DNA of 64,000 bases from Verrucomicrobiota bacterium. Its GTDB lineage: Bacteria > Verrucomicrobiota > Verrucomicrobiia > Limisphaerales > UBA11358. Shown here in pieces: positions 19,616-30,700 of this stretch. The translations under genes were made by a program, and so were the position numbers. Below the pieces are notes generated by a model. It did not search any database and was not told the origin of the DNA. It saw only the letters and a list, made by a program, of their open reading frames with translations. The number at the start of each line of letters is the position of its first letter. Within the stretch, counting starts at the first letter, position 1. The stretch lies in assembly GCA_049510295.1 (NCBI GenBank), contig JBEKZC010000002.1:57797-121796 (forward strand), written 5' to 3'.

Positions 19616-19679
19616 TTAACCCATCCAAACCAGCAATTCTTTTTACCAAACAATATCAACCAAAACAAAAACACATAAT

Positions 19680-21068
19680 ATGAAAAAAACGATACTCCTT
19701 ACATTGGCGCTCGGCCTTGCTGGCGCCCCGTCGCTCCTGGCCGGCAACGTTGATGTGTATATCACCGGGTCCACGGCCTTCCGAGCAAACGTCTATACCG
19801 CTTGTCAAAAGTTGTTCACTACCGGCAGCTCCACCCCCGTTTACTACGGCGACACTGCGCATGGCGGTGCCACTTCGGGTTTTGGTTCCAGCACGGCCGC
19901 TTGGGCCATGACGGGAACCCCCATATCTGGACTCACGAATCTGAATCCCAGTGGCAACACGCTGACCATCCACGGCCTCTTCACCGGCTCGATTCAGGGC
20001 ATGCAGACTACGGAACAAAGCACCAAGCTCATTTTCCCGAATGCTGATGGCACCCCAAACGGGAATTGCGCCACCTATTCCACGAACAGTCCCACCATCG
20101 GCTTTTCCGATGCGTCCGGAGTGTCCACTCCCTACCCGGCGACGGGCAACTACGTTGAAGAACAGGTGTGTGTTCAGCCTTTCGTCATGGTCAAATCAAC
20201 CGCCAGCAGCGGCGCAGTGACCACTATCAGCAACGTCAGTTGGGAACAGCTTGAATACGGCATTCCGGTGGGACGCATTCCCCTCGCGGCTTGGACAAGC
20301 CATATTACGGACACCAACACGTTTGTTTATCTGATGCAACGCACCAAGGACTCCGGCACCCGCCGCTGCGAAACCGCCGGGAATTATTATCAATATGGCA
20401 AAACGGTCGGCATCTATATCTACGACTATACAAACAACTTCTTCTATACTCCCACCGTTTCTGCCGCAACTACCTATGGGGCCTCTCCCAACGGTGTTGT
20501 CGGTTCGGCGGGTCTCAACAATGCGAATCTGAACTGGGGATATGGTTATGTTGCCGGTGGTGACATCAAGAATTCACTGAACAACAACAACGCTGCCAAC
20601 CAGGCCATTGCCTATCTGTCAATCTCCGACGCCAAGGGCGTAAACACCGCAGGCGGCAACTGGGCCAATGTGCTCTCCTACAATGGTTTCTGGCCGACGG
20701 CCGCTGGCGCAGGCATCCATGGCACTACCGGCACCAACGACTACTCGCCCATCACCCTTGGCTACTATCCGTTGTGGGGTTTGGAAGTCCTGGTTCATCC
20801 CACCGACCCCAGCAAGATCTCTGACCAAGACATCACGAAGACCCAATTGGGCGACCAGTACACGCCCGGCAGCTTCATGGGTGTGTTCAATTACCAAACC
20901 GTGAACTACCCCGGCAGTTCGCCCCTCACTGGCAGCATCGAAAACGAAATCGAATTGAGCAAAACTCCTAGTGGTTCACCGGCAGCGGGGGCCACAGCCA
21001 TCCGCCTTTCCGACATGTTTAATTATCGGCAGTCGGTTGGCGGAACGATTTCGCCGCCGTTTAATTGA
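19680..21068 (+). CDS. Secreted PstS/DING-like (type II substrate-binding fold) protein
   Basis: Signal peptide; ITGSTAF, IGFSD and RTKDSGTR parallel PstS motifs GAGATF, FGASD and RSDGSGTT in the same order. Confidence 0.6.
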   Translation: MKKTILLTLALGLAGAPSLLAGNVDVYITGSTAFRANVYTACQKLFTTGSSTPVYYGDTAHGGATSGFGSSTAAWAMTGTPISGLTNLNPSGNTLTIHGLFTGSIQGMQTTEQSTKLIFPNADGTPNGNCATYSTNSPTIGFSDASGVSTPYPATGNYVEEQVCVQPFVMVKSTASSGAVTTISNVSWEQLEYGIPVGRIPLAAWTSHITDTNTFVYLMQRTKDSGTRRCETAGNYYQYGKTVGIYIYDYTNNFFYTPTVSAATTYGASPNGVVGSAGLNNANLNWGYGYVAGGDIKNSLNNNNAANQAIAYLSISDAKGVNTAGGNWANVLSYNGFWPTAAGAGIHGTTGTNDYSPITLGYYPLWGLEVLVHPTDPSKISDQDITKTQLGDQYTPGSFMGVFNYQTVNYPGSSPLTGSIENEIELSKTPSGSPAAGATAIRLSDMFNYRQSVGGTISPPFN

Positions 21069-21083
21069 TATCAGTTATCGCCG

Positions 21084-21120
21084 AAGGCCGGTGCGAATTC
21101 GTTCGCGCCGGCCTTTTTTT
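21084..21120 (+). terminator. Intrinsic terminator
   Basis: AAGGCCGGTGCGAA-TTCG-TTCGCGCCGGCCTT followed by a T run. Confidence 0.9.
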
Positions 21121-21171
21121 GGAAGATTCCACAGTTTCAACCCCGGAATTCAGGTTCAAAAGTTCCCGAAT

Positions 21172-21204
21172 TGGCACCTGATCTTCATACGGACGTAACG
21201 ATTC
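21172..21204 (+). promoter_or_regulatory. Degenerate Pho-box-like array
   Basis: TGGCACCTGAT|CTTCATACGGA|CGTAACGATTC, 11-bp period, about 30 nt before the ATG at 21237. Confidence 0.35.
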
Positions 21205-21236
21205 AGGTTCAAGTTCCTGCAATTAGATTCAAGCCC

Positions 21237-21809
21237 ATGAATACTGAAACTTTGTTTGAACCGGAGTTGGTGGCGGACAGGAGACTGCACTTGTTTTCGT
21301 TGTATGTGGATTTTCCCGCGGCCGTGCGCGCCCGCTGGGTGACCGGCCAGATCTCCCGGCTGGCCGGGAAGCAGTGGAAAACTTCCGCGGAAATGTGGAA
21401 CCTGGATTCCCTGACGACCAGCGAACCCATCCGGAAAATGATCACCCAGGACGTGGCGGATGCCGACGTGCTCGTCATCGCGATGAGTTCATTGGACTGG
21501 CGTGAACTGGAACTGGTCGAATGGCTGAATTGCCTGACCGTCGGGAAGGCGAACCGCCCGGGGTCCGGATTGTTCATCGGCCTGCTCGGTGACGGAAGAG
21601 GCGAGGCGGAAGAACTGGACTGGACGGTGAAACAATTCCTGCGTTGCGCCCGGCAAATGGACCGGGATTTCATCTGGCGCTGGATGGACCGAGATGCGAT
21701 GGCTGATGTTGATTATTGGCTAACGGACAGTGTAGAAGCGCTATTGACCCGCAAACAGCCCAGACGCAATGTGATTTTTTTGCAGGAAGCCGCCATCGAA
21801 GATTTTTAA
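21237..21809 (+). CDS. Hypothetical alpha/beta protein
   Basis: Open frame with protein-like composition; alternating strand/helix pattern (DADVLVIAM, LFIGLL). Confidence 0.7.
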   Translation: MNTETLFEPELVADRRLHLFSLYVDFPAAVRARWVTGQISRLAGKQWKTSAEMWNLDSLTTSEPIRKMITQDVADADVLVIAMSSLDWRELELVEWLNCLTVGKANRPGSGLFIGLLGDGRGEAEELDWTVKQFLRCARQMDRDFIWRWMDRDAMADVDYWLTDSVEALLTRKQPRRNVIFLQEAAIEDF

Positions 21810-21854
21810 AGCCCGCCTTCCTATGGCCGAACACCGCCGTAATCCACCCAGCCA

Positions 21855-22013
21855 TCAGCGTAGTTTCGCCTTTCCCAACATGATCATCACTATCGCAGTG
21901 ATGCCGGCGATGGCCAGGCCCGCCAACAAGGCAAAACGCAGGGTGCGCATTTCGCGCCGCCGTTGATCAGGTTGCAAACGCGGGAACAACAATTTTTCCA
22001 AATTTAGTGTCAT
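21855..22013 (-). CDS. Small single-pass membrane protein
   Basis: MTLNLEKLLFPRLQPDQRRREMR followed by a hydrophobic helix and basic tail. Confidence 0.55.
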   Translation of the reverse strand: MTLNLEKLLFPRLQPDQRRREMRTLRFALLAGLAIAGITAIVMIMLGKAKLR

Positions 22014-22147
22014 AAAATTCAAAAATTTGACCCGCACCTTGACGTTGCATTCAAGGTTGAACGTTAAGAGCCGGTTACAAGTTCGCGATCCAGCTTGTCG
22101 TTCGCGTCATAAATTTTCTGGCCCCCGGTCTGCGAGTTAACGCGCTT

Positions 22148-22291
22148 GAAAATGTCACCCGCTTGTTTCCGTCCCGCCTTTGACGGAATTGGGGAAGTGT
22201 AGTTTGATGGCTGCGCAAAAGAGAGAAATAATCGTTCCGCTGATTCGCCACAGGCGCTGGTGTGCGTTCAGACACCAGCGCCTTCTATTTC
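22148..22291 (+). ncRNA. Candidate small RNA unit, copy 1 (Pho-like box, sigma-70 promoter, about 75-nt body, terminator)
   Basis: Near-identical to 26845-26986; TTGACG-N17-TTTGAT at 22180-22208; 12-bp hairpin 22252-22283 followed by TCTATTT. Confidence 0.5.
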
Positions 22292-22462
22292 CAAAAGAAA
22301 AAGGGTTGGTTGCCGTGAAAGTCTGTTGACGCCGTGCCTTGCCGCTTGACTCTCAACTTTCCACGTTCAACCACCCAAGTGAAAAAGACGTGGCGGCCGC
22401 TTGGCGTTGGAACCAAGCGGGCCGACGGCCAAAAGCCATGAATTTGCGCACTTGGCAAGATT

Positions 22463-22484
22463 TGTCACCTACTTGTAACTTTCC
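22463..22484 (+). promoter_or_regulatory. Pho-box-like site upstream of CHAD-sixA
   Basis: TGTCACCTACT|TGTAACTTTCC, 11-bp spacing. Confidence 0.65.
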
Positions 22485-22565
22485 GTTGGCAAGGGCGAAC
22501 CTACCCTGCGGGCGGTTTGACTCTTTGAAAGCGACGAGTGGAGTCATTCCAAGTCAAAGCATTTG

Positions 22566-23531
22566 ATGAATCACATTATGCGCCGGCAAAGCCAGTCAGA
22601 CATCATCCCCGTCCAAACCGCCGACGTGCTGAAGCACCTCGGCGATTCGTTGAACACGCAGTGGCGGCGTTATCGCAAACGGCTGAAGCGCTGCCAGAAG
22701 CGTTTTTCCCAGGACGCCGTGCATAACTCGCGTGTGGAAACCCGACGGCTGCTCTCGACCATCGAGTTGCTCGGCGCGTTCGTTCCTGAACACGACATCC
22801 GGAAGGCCCGCCGCGCGCTCAAGCATCACCTCGACACTTTCGACCAGCTCCGTGATACGCAGGTCCAATTGACTTACGTGGGGCGGATGGCGGGTACCTT
22901 TCCGGAAGCGCACGCGTTTTACGACTGGCTGCAGGACCGCAAGGCCCGTTTCACCCGGACAACACGCAAAGCCGTCAAACATATCAAGACGAAGCGTTTG
23001 GGCCGTTGTCTTACGGCATTTGAAAAGGGGATCCGGCTCCAGCGCAAACGAATCACCCGCGAACAGGCTTTCGCGATTGTCCAGCGCGCCATAAATCAGG
23101 CGTTTGCCCGGGTCTCGCAACTTTGCCGGCACGTGCGGGCCGACGACACCAAGACCATCCACCGCACGCGGATTGCGTTCAAGCGCTTCCGTTACATGGT
23201 CGAGGCGCTGTCGCCCCTGCTGCCCGCCGTCACGGAGGACCATCGCCGCGCCATGCGTGGTTACCAGTGCATGATGGGTGACATCCAGGACATGGAAGTA
23301 TTGCTGGCGGCATTGGACAAATTCGTGCAAAAGAAAGAAGTCAGCGCCGCGTCGGCCCGCCAGATGAAAAAAGAGCTGGTGCGCTGGCGCCAGATGCTGA
23401 TTCAGGTCTATCTGAACGCGGCGGGCCGGTTGCAGCGTTTCTGGCCACCCCCCGGACTCAGGCAACCAGCGCAAAAGCGCAAAACGGAAACTCATGAACC
23501 TCTACCTGCTTCGCCACGGCATCGCCACTGA
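22566..23531 (+). CDS. CHAD-domain (polyphosphate-binding) protein
   Basis: AVHNSRVETRRL, LRDTQV, IHRTRIAFKRFRY, MGDIQD; very basic and helical. Confidence 0.88.
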   Translation: MNHIMRRQSQSDIIPVQTADVLKHLGDSLNTQWRRYRKRLKRCQKRFSQDAVHNSRVETRRLLSTIELLGAFVPEHDIRKARRALKHHLDTFDQLRDTQVQLTYVGRMAGTFPEAHAFYDWLQDRKARFTRTTRKAVKHIKTKRLGRCLTAFEKGIRLQRKRITREQAFAIVQRAINQAFARVSQLCRHVRADDTKTIHRTRIAFKRFRYMVEALSPLLPAVTEDHRRAMRGYQCMMGDIQDMEVLLAALDKFVQKKEVSAASARQMKKELVRWRQMLIQVYLNAAGRLQRFWPPPGLRQPAQKRKTETHEPLPASPRHRH

Positions 23532-23997
23532 ACCGGAAATGGCCGGTTATAAACCGGATTCCGAGCGTTCCCTCACCACCAAAGGAAAAGCCCGCCTTCA
23601 CGTGGCCGCCAAGGCGATGGAGGCATTGGACCTGTCCTTCGACCTGATTCTTTCCAGCCCGTTCCGGCGCGCGAAGCAGACCGCCGAGATCATCGCCAAA
23701 AATTTCAAGCTGCGGAAAAAACTGGCCTTCTCCGACGACTTGACTCCCGCCGGCAACCCCCGGTTGTTGATTCAACAATTGAACCAGTTTCATCCCGAAC
23801 CGGAGAACGTCCTGCTGGTCGGCCACGAACCGTACCTGGGCCAACTCATCGCGTTGCTGGCCGCCGGCAATACCAGCCTGGAGATTGATTTTAAAAAAGG
23901 CGGTTTGTGCAAATTGGAGGCGGAATTCCTGCTTTATGGCCGCTGCGCGAAACTGGTGTGGCTGCTCACCCCGCGGCAAATGGAATTGATGACGTAA
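23494..23997 (+). CDS. sixA: Phosphohistidine phosphatase
   Basis: LYLLRHG, SSPFRRAKQTA, LLVGHEP. Confidence 0.9.
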   Translation: MNLYLLRHGIATEPEMAGYKPDSERSLTTKGKARLHVAAKAMEALDLSFDLILSSPFRRAKQTAEIIAKNFKLRKKLAFSDDLTPAGNPRLLIQQLNQFHPEPENVLLVGHEPYLGQLIALLAAGNTSLEIDFKKGGLCKLEAEFLLYGRCAKLVWLLTPRQMELMT

Positions 23998-24316
23998 CGC
24001 GGGCCGACTGAAGTTGGAGTTCACGTTTTGGCGTGGACACAGAGTGGTGCGATGATCCCGAATGCACGCTCCGCATGCCGAATCCTTACGGTGGAGAAAA
24101 CATGATCCGGCAGGTAAGAGCTTCCGCAACGGCATAAACTGCCTTTTCCGGGCGGCCGTAATTTGCGGGACAATGGTGATTCGATGGATTTTGTCCATCG
24201 GTTGGGCGAATGGGTCGGGTTGTATGGCAAATACCGGTCTCTTACAAATCCTTGGCCTACGCAGTGGTCACTGCCGCGCGAGATTTGAAGTGGCGCTGCA
24301 GACCAGACGGTCAACC

Positions 24317-24703
24317 TCAACCGCGTGAATCCACTCTGTTGGTTATATCCGATGATTGTGGGAACATCGGTATTATGGTTTCAACCGCCATTCCTTGGGA
24401 CTGAAACCGACCCACAATAGTCTGCATGTGGTTATTGATTTCCTCTACCGAGTATTGGCTCTTTGGTATGCAAAGAACCCAATAACCGTTTTCTTCAGCC
24501 TCAAGGTTCCCGGCAAAACGCGTGGCGATTACATAGTGGGTTGGAAGGTCTCCGGTTATAGTTTGCACCGTTGTCTTACCGGGTGGATGGCTTTTGGGAA
24601 ACTCGTCGATAAGGCCCAACTCAAGCAGTAAATCCACAGCTTGTTTATCATCTGAAAATTCAAACAGCTTGTTCGGCTTATTGATGATTTTATCTTTGAC
24701 CAT
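24317..24703 (-). CDS. Hypothetical protein, low GC
   Basis: 128-codon open frame in AT-rich DNA; ATG start. Confidence 0.6.
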   Translation of the reverse strand: MVKDKIINKPNKLFEFSDDKQAVDLLLELGLIDEFPKSHPPGKTTVQTITGDLPTHYVIATRFAGNLEAEENGYWVLCIPKSQYSVEEINNHMQTIVGRFQSQGMAVETIIPMFPQSSDITNRVDSRG

Positions 24704-24952
24704 ATCTAAATGAGTTGCTTGGCATTTTAAGGTAAAAAATCACTTTTTAAAAGTAAAATGTTGACTAAAAAGTATCCGTCTGAGGGAGCACGCATGCGAA
24801 ATGCGTGCCGCCGCAATTCAGACACCATGACAGCTACCTGTCAACCGGAGCGTTCGGATTTTTTGCGCCAACGATAGAAAACCAAGTGATGCAAGAACAG
24901 AAACCTGATTCATTCGTCGCCCTGCCATTTCATCTCAAAAAAATCCGGCCGT

Positions 24953-25171
24953 CTAGTTCCTCCACGCGTACCCGAAGGCTGATAGCGGTCCACCGGCGTT
25001 GGTCCCTCGGTTCGGACCCGGTGTTGAACCCGTGGTCGCCTCGCTAATCCTGGGCTTCTGCATCCGAGAATTGGCCTCATGAAAGAAAAAACTCTCCGAT
25101 GCCACTAGCATCCTTCTGACCCCTTTGGGTAGAGATTGAAAATCGGGGTACGTCGTGATTATTGATTTCAT
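24953..25171 (-). CDS. Small hypothetical protein
   Basis: MKSIITTYPDFQSLPKGVRRMLVASESFFF looks protein-like; no family recognised. Confidence 0.45.
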   Translation of the reverse strand: MKSIITTYPDFQSLPKGVRRMLVASESFFFHEANSRMQKPRISEATTGSTPGPNRGTNAGGPLSAFGYAWRN

Positions 25172-25368
25172 AATGCGCTTTTGTCCTCTTTTGACTGTTG
25201 GACGTACTGTGCTCCAAAAAGTTCAATCGAGCCAGTTACGTTCACGTTACGCCGGCTCCCGAGTGGTCGCTCGCGCTCAAATGCGGTGAATAACTCGTGC
25301 TTGCCATCCGCACGAAAGAGACGATGCTTTTTTAGATTCGCGAAGTTCAGATTAACCAGTAGTTTTTT

Positions 25369-25689
25369 ATGTTGAACCAAACGCTTGGGCCAGCTCATGA
25401 GTTGAGCATCGATCTAACCCTTGTCAGGGATGCGGATGGCAATCCGTCTTGTTCCATCCGAGTCCAGGCTGCGCAGATGATCACTTACGATCAACAGATT
25501 GGTTTCACGCGGTTGAGATTGACCAAGGGCAGGGTCCTTGAGGTCAGAGAGGGCACCGATCAAATTGACCGTCTCGTTCGAGGCGCCGCCGCCAATCTCG
25601 CTGGGAATACGCTACAACCTGACCGGCTGCGAATACGTGCTGGGGAATGTGAGCCAGACGAAACTGCTACTGTGGGGAATGCTGGATGA
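25369..25689 (+). CDS. Possible FlbD-like small beta protein (start uncertain)
   Basis: IDLTL...FTRLRLTKGRVLEVREGTDQIDRLV resembles the FlbD pattern TxIxLxxGxxxxVxExxxxI. Confidence 0.35.
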   Translation: MLNQTLGPAHELSIDLTLVRDADGNPSCSIRVQAAQMITYDQQIGFTRLRLTKGRVLEVREGTDQIDRLVRGAAANLAGNTLQPDRLRIRAGECEPDETATVGNAG

Positions 25690-26024
25690 GGTTGAAATCT
25701 AATCGTCTCCCCACCACGTCTCCCCACCATTTTTTCTCGAAAAAACCCGGTCAATCCGCAACAGCTCAATGCGGCGCGGGTCGTCGGTCTTGGGACTGTT
25801 CACCAGACTGCTGACGGGCATCCGGTCATGCTACGGGGCGATGGTCGCATTGAAGCGTGCTTGCAAATTTGTCCGGTCCAGCCACTTTGGAAAGCGTTAC
25901 CCTAAACCCCGCTCCAACAGGAAATGAACAACACTTAACCGCGACGACGGTTCATCGAAACGGCCAAATAGCTTCAAGTGGATTTCCACCGCTCTGGATT
26001 GGCGAGGTTCGGCAAGCAACGTGT

Positions 26025-26672
26025 TCAATCATTCGTCGGTTCTTGGCCAGAAAAGGAAGGCGCGGCAACGTCAGGTGCAGGCAACGGATTCAGGTCAACC
26101 AATTTTTGGCGGGTGGCTGAAACTGGTTTGGGTTCGGGTGCAACTGCCGGGACCGGTTGGGCAGGTTTGCCGTTGACAGTTTTCTGCGCCGACCGGCGGG
26201 CGCCGGGTGCTCTGCGGGCGGCTGGCTTTGGTGACTGTCGCGATTGAATAGGTGACACTCGCGGTGTTGTGTCCATTGTCGTTTTGACCGGCGTTGACTT
26301 CGGCTGGTTGCGCAGCAAATCGTCATCGCTCCGGGGCAACTTTGGTTTCGAGGAGGGTTTCTGAACAAGTTCGGAACCTCGAACAAGTCGTGCGGGGTTG
26401 TTCTTACATTGCTCCTTCCTGATTCGCTCTCGCAGCATCTCCAACTTTGCCTGAGCGATTCCGAGAGTTGCCGAAGACTCCTCGGCCCGATCCTCAGCCT
26501 TCCTGGCCGATTTCCTGGCCATCTTGGACAACTTCCGCGCTTGTTTCAAATTGACTTTCGCCGCCCGGGCCAATTCGTGTGCGAGTTGGGCCGCTTTTGC
26601 GTCAACCGCAACTTGCATTTTGGCGCGTTCCACCTCTTTGCTTGCCTTGTTGAGAAGCAATGTCGTGTTCAT
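26025..26672 (-). CDS. Lys/Ala/Pro-rich low-complexity protein with N-terminal coiled coil (histone-H1-like composition)
   Basis: AK/ARK-rich helical half followed by a disordered Pro/Lys/Ala tail. Confidence 0.6.
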   Translation of the reverse strand: MNTTLLLNKASKEVERAKMQVAVDAKAAQLAHELARAAKVNLKQARKLSKMARKSARKAEDRAEESSATLGIAQAKLEMLRERIRKEQCKNNPARLVRGSELVQKPSSKPKLPRSDDDLLRNQPKSTPVKTTMDTTPRVSPIQSRQSPKPAARRAPGARRSAQKTVNGKPAQPVPAVAPEPKPVSATRQKLVDLNPLPAPDVAAPSFSGQEPTND

Positions 26673-26844
26673 GGCTGGCCTTTCGATCGTTCTTCGTGCC
26701 CGGAAGCAGATTGACGAAACGCTTCATTCGCGGTCGCACCCGTCAGTATTAAAATCACGTTTTATGCTCGAACGCAAGCAACTTCCCAAACAGTAACTGC
26801 GCTCGAATAGGGTACTTCGCTGCCTTACCGCCTTCTTGTTTTCT

Positions 26845-26986
26845 GAAATGTCACCGGTTTGTTTCCATCCCGCCTTTGACGGAATTGGGGAAGTGTGGTT
26901 TGATGGCTGCGCGAAAGAGAGAAATAATCGTTCTGCTGACTCGCCAGGCGCTGGTGTGCGTTCAGACACCAGCGCCCTTCTATTTC
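26845..26986 (+). ncRNA. Candidate small RNA unit, copy 2
   Basis: Near-identical to 22148-22291; TTGACG 26876-26881, TTTGAT 26899-26904, same terminal hairpin. Confidence 0.5.
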
Positions 26987-27012
26987 AACCGCCCGGTTGT
27001 TGAGACGGATTG

Positions 27013-27474
27013 CTACCGGGTGCCGGTGGCGGTGAACAACGTGGAAAATAATGGAGCGGAGCGGGCGGATGCGAGTTGGACCAGCGGGGTTTTATCATCC
27101 GGCATTTCCCGGGCCGGAGCGTTGGTCAGCCCCGGGCAATAATACAAGTCCGCCCAGACATAAGCCGTGGCGAGATAACCGTGGACTTCAAATTGTCCGA
27201 AATTTCCCGTGCTGTTGGGTGGATCAACTCCCAGCAAGACCACCACGTTTGCGCCTTTCCCGGCCGCATCCTGTCTCATATGCGCCATGGCATCGTCAGC
27301 GTAATGCCGGGTCAGGTGATCGTTAAATGAAGTCCACCCGACATGCACTCCGTCCGGGGGTGGCGCTGCCAAAAAAAATACGTTACTGGAAGATACTTTG
27401 GCGGGTGTTGTCTGGTTGGATGCACAACCGGCGGCAAACAAGGAAAGACACAGGACTATAATTGTTTTCCCCAC
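27013..27474 (-). CDS. Lipoprotein, YbjQ-like fold possible
   Basis: Lipobox AAGC; AMAHMRQDAAGKGANVVV resembles 'AxxxLxxxAxxxGANAVI'. Confidence 0.6.
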   Translation of the reverse strand: MGKTIIVLCLSLFAAGCASNQTTPAKVSSSNVFFLAAPPPDGVHVGWTSFNDHLTRHYADDAMAHMRQDAAGKGANVVVLLGVDPPNSTGNFGQFEVHGYLATAYVWADLYYCPGLTNAPAREMPDDKTPLVQLASARSAPLFSTLFTATGTR

Positions 27475-27706
27475 GCATCCAATTTAACAAAAATGGCTTG
27501 TTTGGCAATTGATTAAAAAACTTGAGCTGTTTGGAAGTTAAAAGCGTTCTTAACAGCCGACCGTGACATTCCAAGATTAAGAGGCGTCCAATGTCCGGAA
27601 AATGTCTCTTTTGACCGTTTTTGTCCGATAAATGAAATTTGTTGTTTCAAAATTGTTGCCAGGCTGACGCACGATAGTCACAAGCTGTCTTCAATCTTGT
27701 GCGCAG

Positions 27707-30700
27707 GTGACCATTGAGCGACATCTGCTGCTGCAGGAACTGACCTTGCGTCCTTCCGGCGAATGGACTCCCAGCCATCATGAATGGTTCATGGTACGGG
27801 TGGCCGAGGGCGTCGGTTACTGGCTGCAACCGGGTACCGCCCGCCAGCTTTCCGTGGGGGACGGTCTGCTGACGAGCAGCAGCAGCAACGGAGTGTTGCG
27901 GGCCAGCCAGCTCGGTCCGCTCAAATTGCAGTTTTTCAGCGTCCAGCCACAGTACCTCAACGGCCTGCTTACGGTCGCGGAATGGCATCAACTCGAAGTG
28001 GCCCCCAACAACCTGACGTCGCAAATTTCCATCTTCACCGCCGGCGAGCCGCTGGCGCAACGGTTCACGCGGCTGGCGGAGCAAACGCAGCGGGAGGGTC
28101 TGCCCGTGCGTTGCGGGCTGCTACAGCTTTGGGCGAACGCCATCGCCGGTCTGCTGCCGGCGCCGGCGATGGAATCCGCCGAGGGCGGCAGGCTGCATGA
28201 GCGTTTCCGGCAACTGGTCGGCCAGATGCCGGAGGTCGAACTGTCCCAATGCTCGTTGCGCGACCTGGCCGGGCAGCTCAATTGCAGCGAACGACATTTC
28301 AGCCGCCTGTTCCGCGAGGAGTTCGGCGTGCCGTTCCGCGCGCGGCAGATTGAATTGCGACTCCAACGCGCGCGGCAACTGCTCACGAACTCGGACGCCA
28401 AAATCATCAACGTTGCCTACGACAGCGGTTACCAGCACCTCGGCCTTTTCAATGTGATGTTCAAAAAACGTTTTGGTATGACGCCCAGTGAATGGCGGCA
28501 GCAGAACCTGCGCAGAAGCCTTCCGCCCCAATCCCGGAAAAATCTTCCGAAGTCTGTGGCCCGTGCCGGCGTCCTGCTCGCTCTGTTCATCTTGAATTGT
28601 ATTTCACCTGCAATCGCACAGACGAATTCAATCGTTGTGCCTGCCCAATCCAGTCCGACGGCCCCGGCGGAGAGCAACGCTGCTCCTTACTTTAACGTCC
28701 GGGCCTATGCCGTCAAAAGCAACACGTTGCTTGCCACCAACATCCTGACTCGCATCTTTTCCAAGTACACCGGCACGAACGTCGGTTTGGACGAGATAGT
28801 GAAAGCGGCCTCAGACCTGCAATTGGAATACCGCAACCAGGGCTATCCAACGATGAGCATCGCAATCGCGCAGCAACAAATCATCAACGGCACTGTTACG
28901 ATGAACGTTTTCCCGATGGCGTTTCCCCAGATTTTGGTGTCCGGCAAACGTTACGTCAGTTCCGGTAACCGCACACAAGTCAGCTCGAACTTGTCGGCTG
29001 CCGAACCGGCTTTGCCGCAAATGGCCCCGGCCGTGTTCGCCCCCACCACCAATGCCGTTCCACTTGCAACCGGCCATCAGACGGTAGCAGCCGGTCCTGA
29101 AGCGATGGCCCGGGTGCGCGCGGCGTTGTTCCAGAAGCTGGCCGAGTTGAACGCCAAGGAACAAGACACACGGGTTCACGTGGTTTCCACGAACGCCGGG
29201 CCGAGGTTTGCCGTGGACAAATATCTGGTCATGGGCAATTCCGTTCTGCCGCCGGAGGCCATCGCCCGGGCCATCACCAACGTGGACGGCGCTTTCGGCA
29301 CCAACACCAGCTTTGACGGGATTCGCGCGGTGATGATTGAACTGCAAAAGGCGTATCGCGAACGCGGCTACGTCACCGTGTCCGTCGGCCTGCCCCAACA
29401 GAAACTTACCAACGCCACAGTGAAAGTGAAGGTGACTGAGGGCCGGCTCGCCGCCATCAACGTCACCGGCAACCGCTACTTCAGTTCCAACGACGTGATG
29501 CGCTCCCTGCCAAGCCTGCAAACGAACATACTGCTCAACTCGCACATTCTGCAGCGCGAACTGGACAACGCCAATGCCAGCCGCGACCGGCAGATTTATC
29601 CCGTCATCGGCCCCGGCCCGGAGCCGGACACCAGCGAACTTACGCTCAAGGTCCAGGACCAGTTGCCCCTGCACGCACGGCTGGAACTGAACAATCAGGC
29701 CACGCCCGGCACGCCCGACCTGCGCGCGAATTTGAACGTCCAATACGACAATCTTTGGGACCTCGAGCACCAGGTCGGCATCCAATACAACTTCACGCCC
29801 GAGCAACTCAAAAACAGCGACCCGTATTATACCACCCCCTTCGATAATCCGTTGATTGCCAATTACAGCGCTTATTATCGCCTGCCGCTCGGCGGTTACA
29901 ATTCGGTGGAGCAGCAGGTGGACGCCAATCCCGGCAGCTTCGGTTACAACGAAATCACCCACCAGTTCCAAGTGCCTCCGCCCACCGGACGGCCGGAACT
30001 GACGCTCTACGCCAGCCGTTCGACCTCGGACACGGGTGTTCAAATGGGGCCACGCAATGTAATTATAGGCGCTACTCCTAGCGGGAATCCTACAAATCTG
30101 GAAGCCATCGGGACTCAGACAGCAGGTGAGAATGTTACTCTGAATGAGGGACTGGGCTTCAAATTCTCCCTGCCCTTGCCGGCCTTGGACAAGCTTGCCT
30201 CCACACTTACTTTTGGCGCGGATTATAAAAAGTATCAGGCCAATAGCGCCAACGCTAACATTTTTTATGCGTTGACCAGCACGACCAACAATGGTTCAGC
30301 ATATAAGTTTGGCGATGTACTTTACACACTTCAGTCGGTTCGGCCGACGGCGGTGGATTATTTTCCCCTGAATGTTGGCTGGAACGGCTCTTTGCCCGAC
30401 ACCTTGGGGACAACTTTTTTCAACGCTCAAGTCAATTTCAATATTCTCCCGATTTTTTCAGAGGAAAACACCCAAGTAACCACAACGAATGTAACAACGA
30501 CTGAAACGAATGTAGTTACAACCACAAAGACAATTCATGACCACTCCTTTTCCAGCGTTGCTTATACGACAAATGCCCGCCCTCATTATGTGACGCTGCA
30601 ACTCGGAGCCAACCGCATTCAGACGATTTACAAAGACTGGTCAGTGAAGTTTCACGCTGATGGCCAGTGGGCCGACGGTGCGCTGATCAGCAACGAACAA

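Noticed and set aside
21171-21190. TGGCAC as a sigma-54 promoter (also seen in the 38521 and 56561 repeats)
   Set aside because: The -12 GC is missing or mis-spaced in every case
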